Assembly: GCA_017610385.1 (NCBI GenBank)
Contig: JAFCCC010000012.1
Span: 1-16,138, forward strand
DNA: 16,138 bases
Direction of reading: 5' to 3'
Source: Candidatus Nanohalarchaeota archaeon
GTDB taxonomy: Archaea; Nanohalarchaeota; Nanosalinia; Nanosalinales; JAFCCC01
The notes beneath the pieces were generated by a model, which saw only the letters and a list, made by a program, of their open reading frames with translations, ran no database searches and was not told where the DNA came from. The stretch's first letter is position 1; each line of letters begins with the position of its first letter. This document shows positions 15,928 to 16,138 of this stretch, in pieces. A program made the position numbers and the translations under genes.

Positions 15928-16078
15928 CTTTCTTAGCGTTTAATAAACTCAAACATTTGATTTTAGCTTAAACTTTTTATTAAAAAGTTTTATTTTATTT
16001 TCGCTTAAAGCTTTTTGTTTTTATTTTGCTTAAGCTTTTATTTGAAAAGCTTATTTGCTTGAGCTTTGTGAAAGCTCA
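15928..16078 (-). other. 151-nt tRNA intron with a relaxed BHB
   Basis: 3' bulge AG|A; central helix TTCG/AGAA (3 bp plus G.A); weak outer pairing GAGCTTT/AAACGCTA. Confidence 0.85.
15961..16078. repeat. Tandem foot-plus-hairpin units of the same family as 1-208, inside the tRNA-Pro intron
   Basis: Units at 15961-15990, 15998-16016 (half unit), 16024-16053 and 16054-16078, each with a T-rich GCT foot before an A(G/A)CTTT..AAAG(C/T)T stem. Confidence 0.85.
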
Positions 16079-16138
16079 CCCGAAGGTCCAATGATACCAC
16101 TACACTACCGACCCAAACTTTACTCAAAACATTTCTCA

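Larger units (their letters stand above)
15893..16114 (-). tRNA. tRNA-Pro(CGG) with a 37/38 intron (exons 16114-16079 and 15927-15893)
   Basis: Acceptor stem GGGTCGG/CTGACCC + A73, D arm GTGT-AGTGGTA-TCAT, anticodon stem GGACC/GGTCC with loop TT-CGG-G|A, T arm CCGAG-TTCGAGT-CTCGG. Confidence 0.93.

Noticed and set aside
15893-16114. Trans-spliced split tRNA, or an integrated element at a tRNA att site
   Set aside because: The halves are collinear and join at 37/38. There is no duplicated tRNA 3' end, no integrase and no long complementary GC-rich leaders.

Overview
AT-rich archaeal chromosome segment, probably a DPANN-type genome (inferred from the divergent archaeal core proteins and compact layout). 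Most of it is information-processing genes: the rpl21e-rpoF-DUF655-rsmA-HemK cluster, trmJ, DUF1512, rpl10e, dph2, rpoL, signal peptidase I and tfs. There is also a 918-aa surface glycoprotein and several small membrane proteins. Features the ORF track misses: (1) tRNA-Gly(CCC) interrupted in the T-loop (59/60) by a 102-nt intron with a perfect bulge-helix-bulge (BHB); (2) tRNA-Pro(CGG) with a 151-nt 37/38 intron built largely from a hairpin-repeat family that also forms a hairpin chain at 1-208; (3) a 29-aa ORF with its own Shine-Dalgarno site between these tRNAs, resembling bacterial bS22/mitochondrial mS38 rather than archaeal eL41; (4) two intact ORFs that look catalytically dead (PEP-synthase-like with His->Lys, and Nif3-like lacking its metal-binding His residues); (5) two small membrane ORFs below the length cut-off. 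Family calls are from motif recognition by eye; no searches were run.
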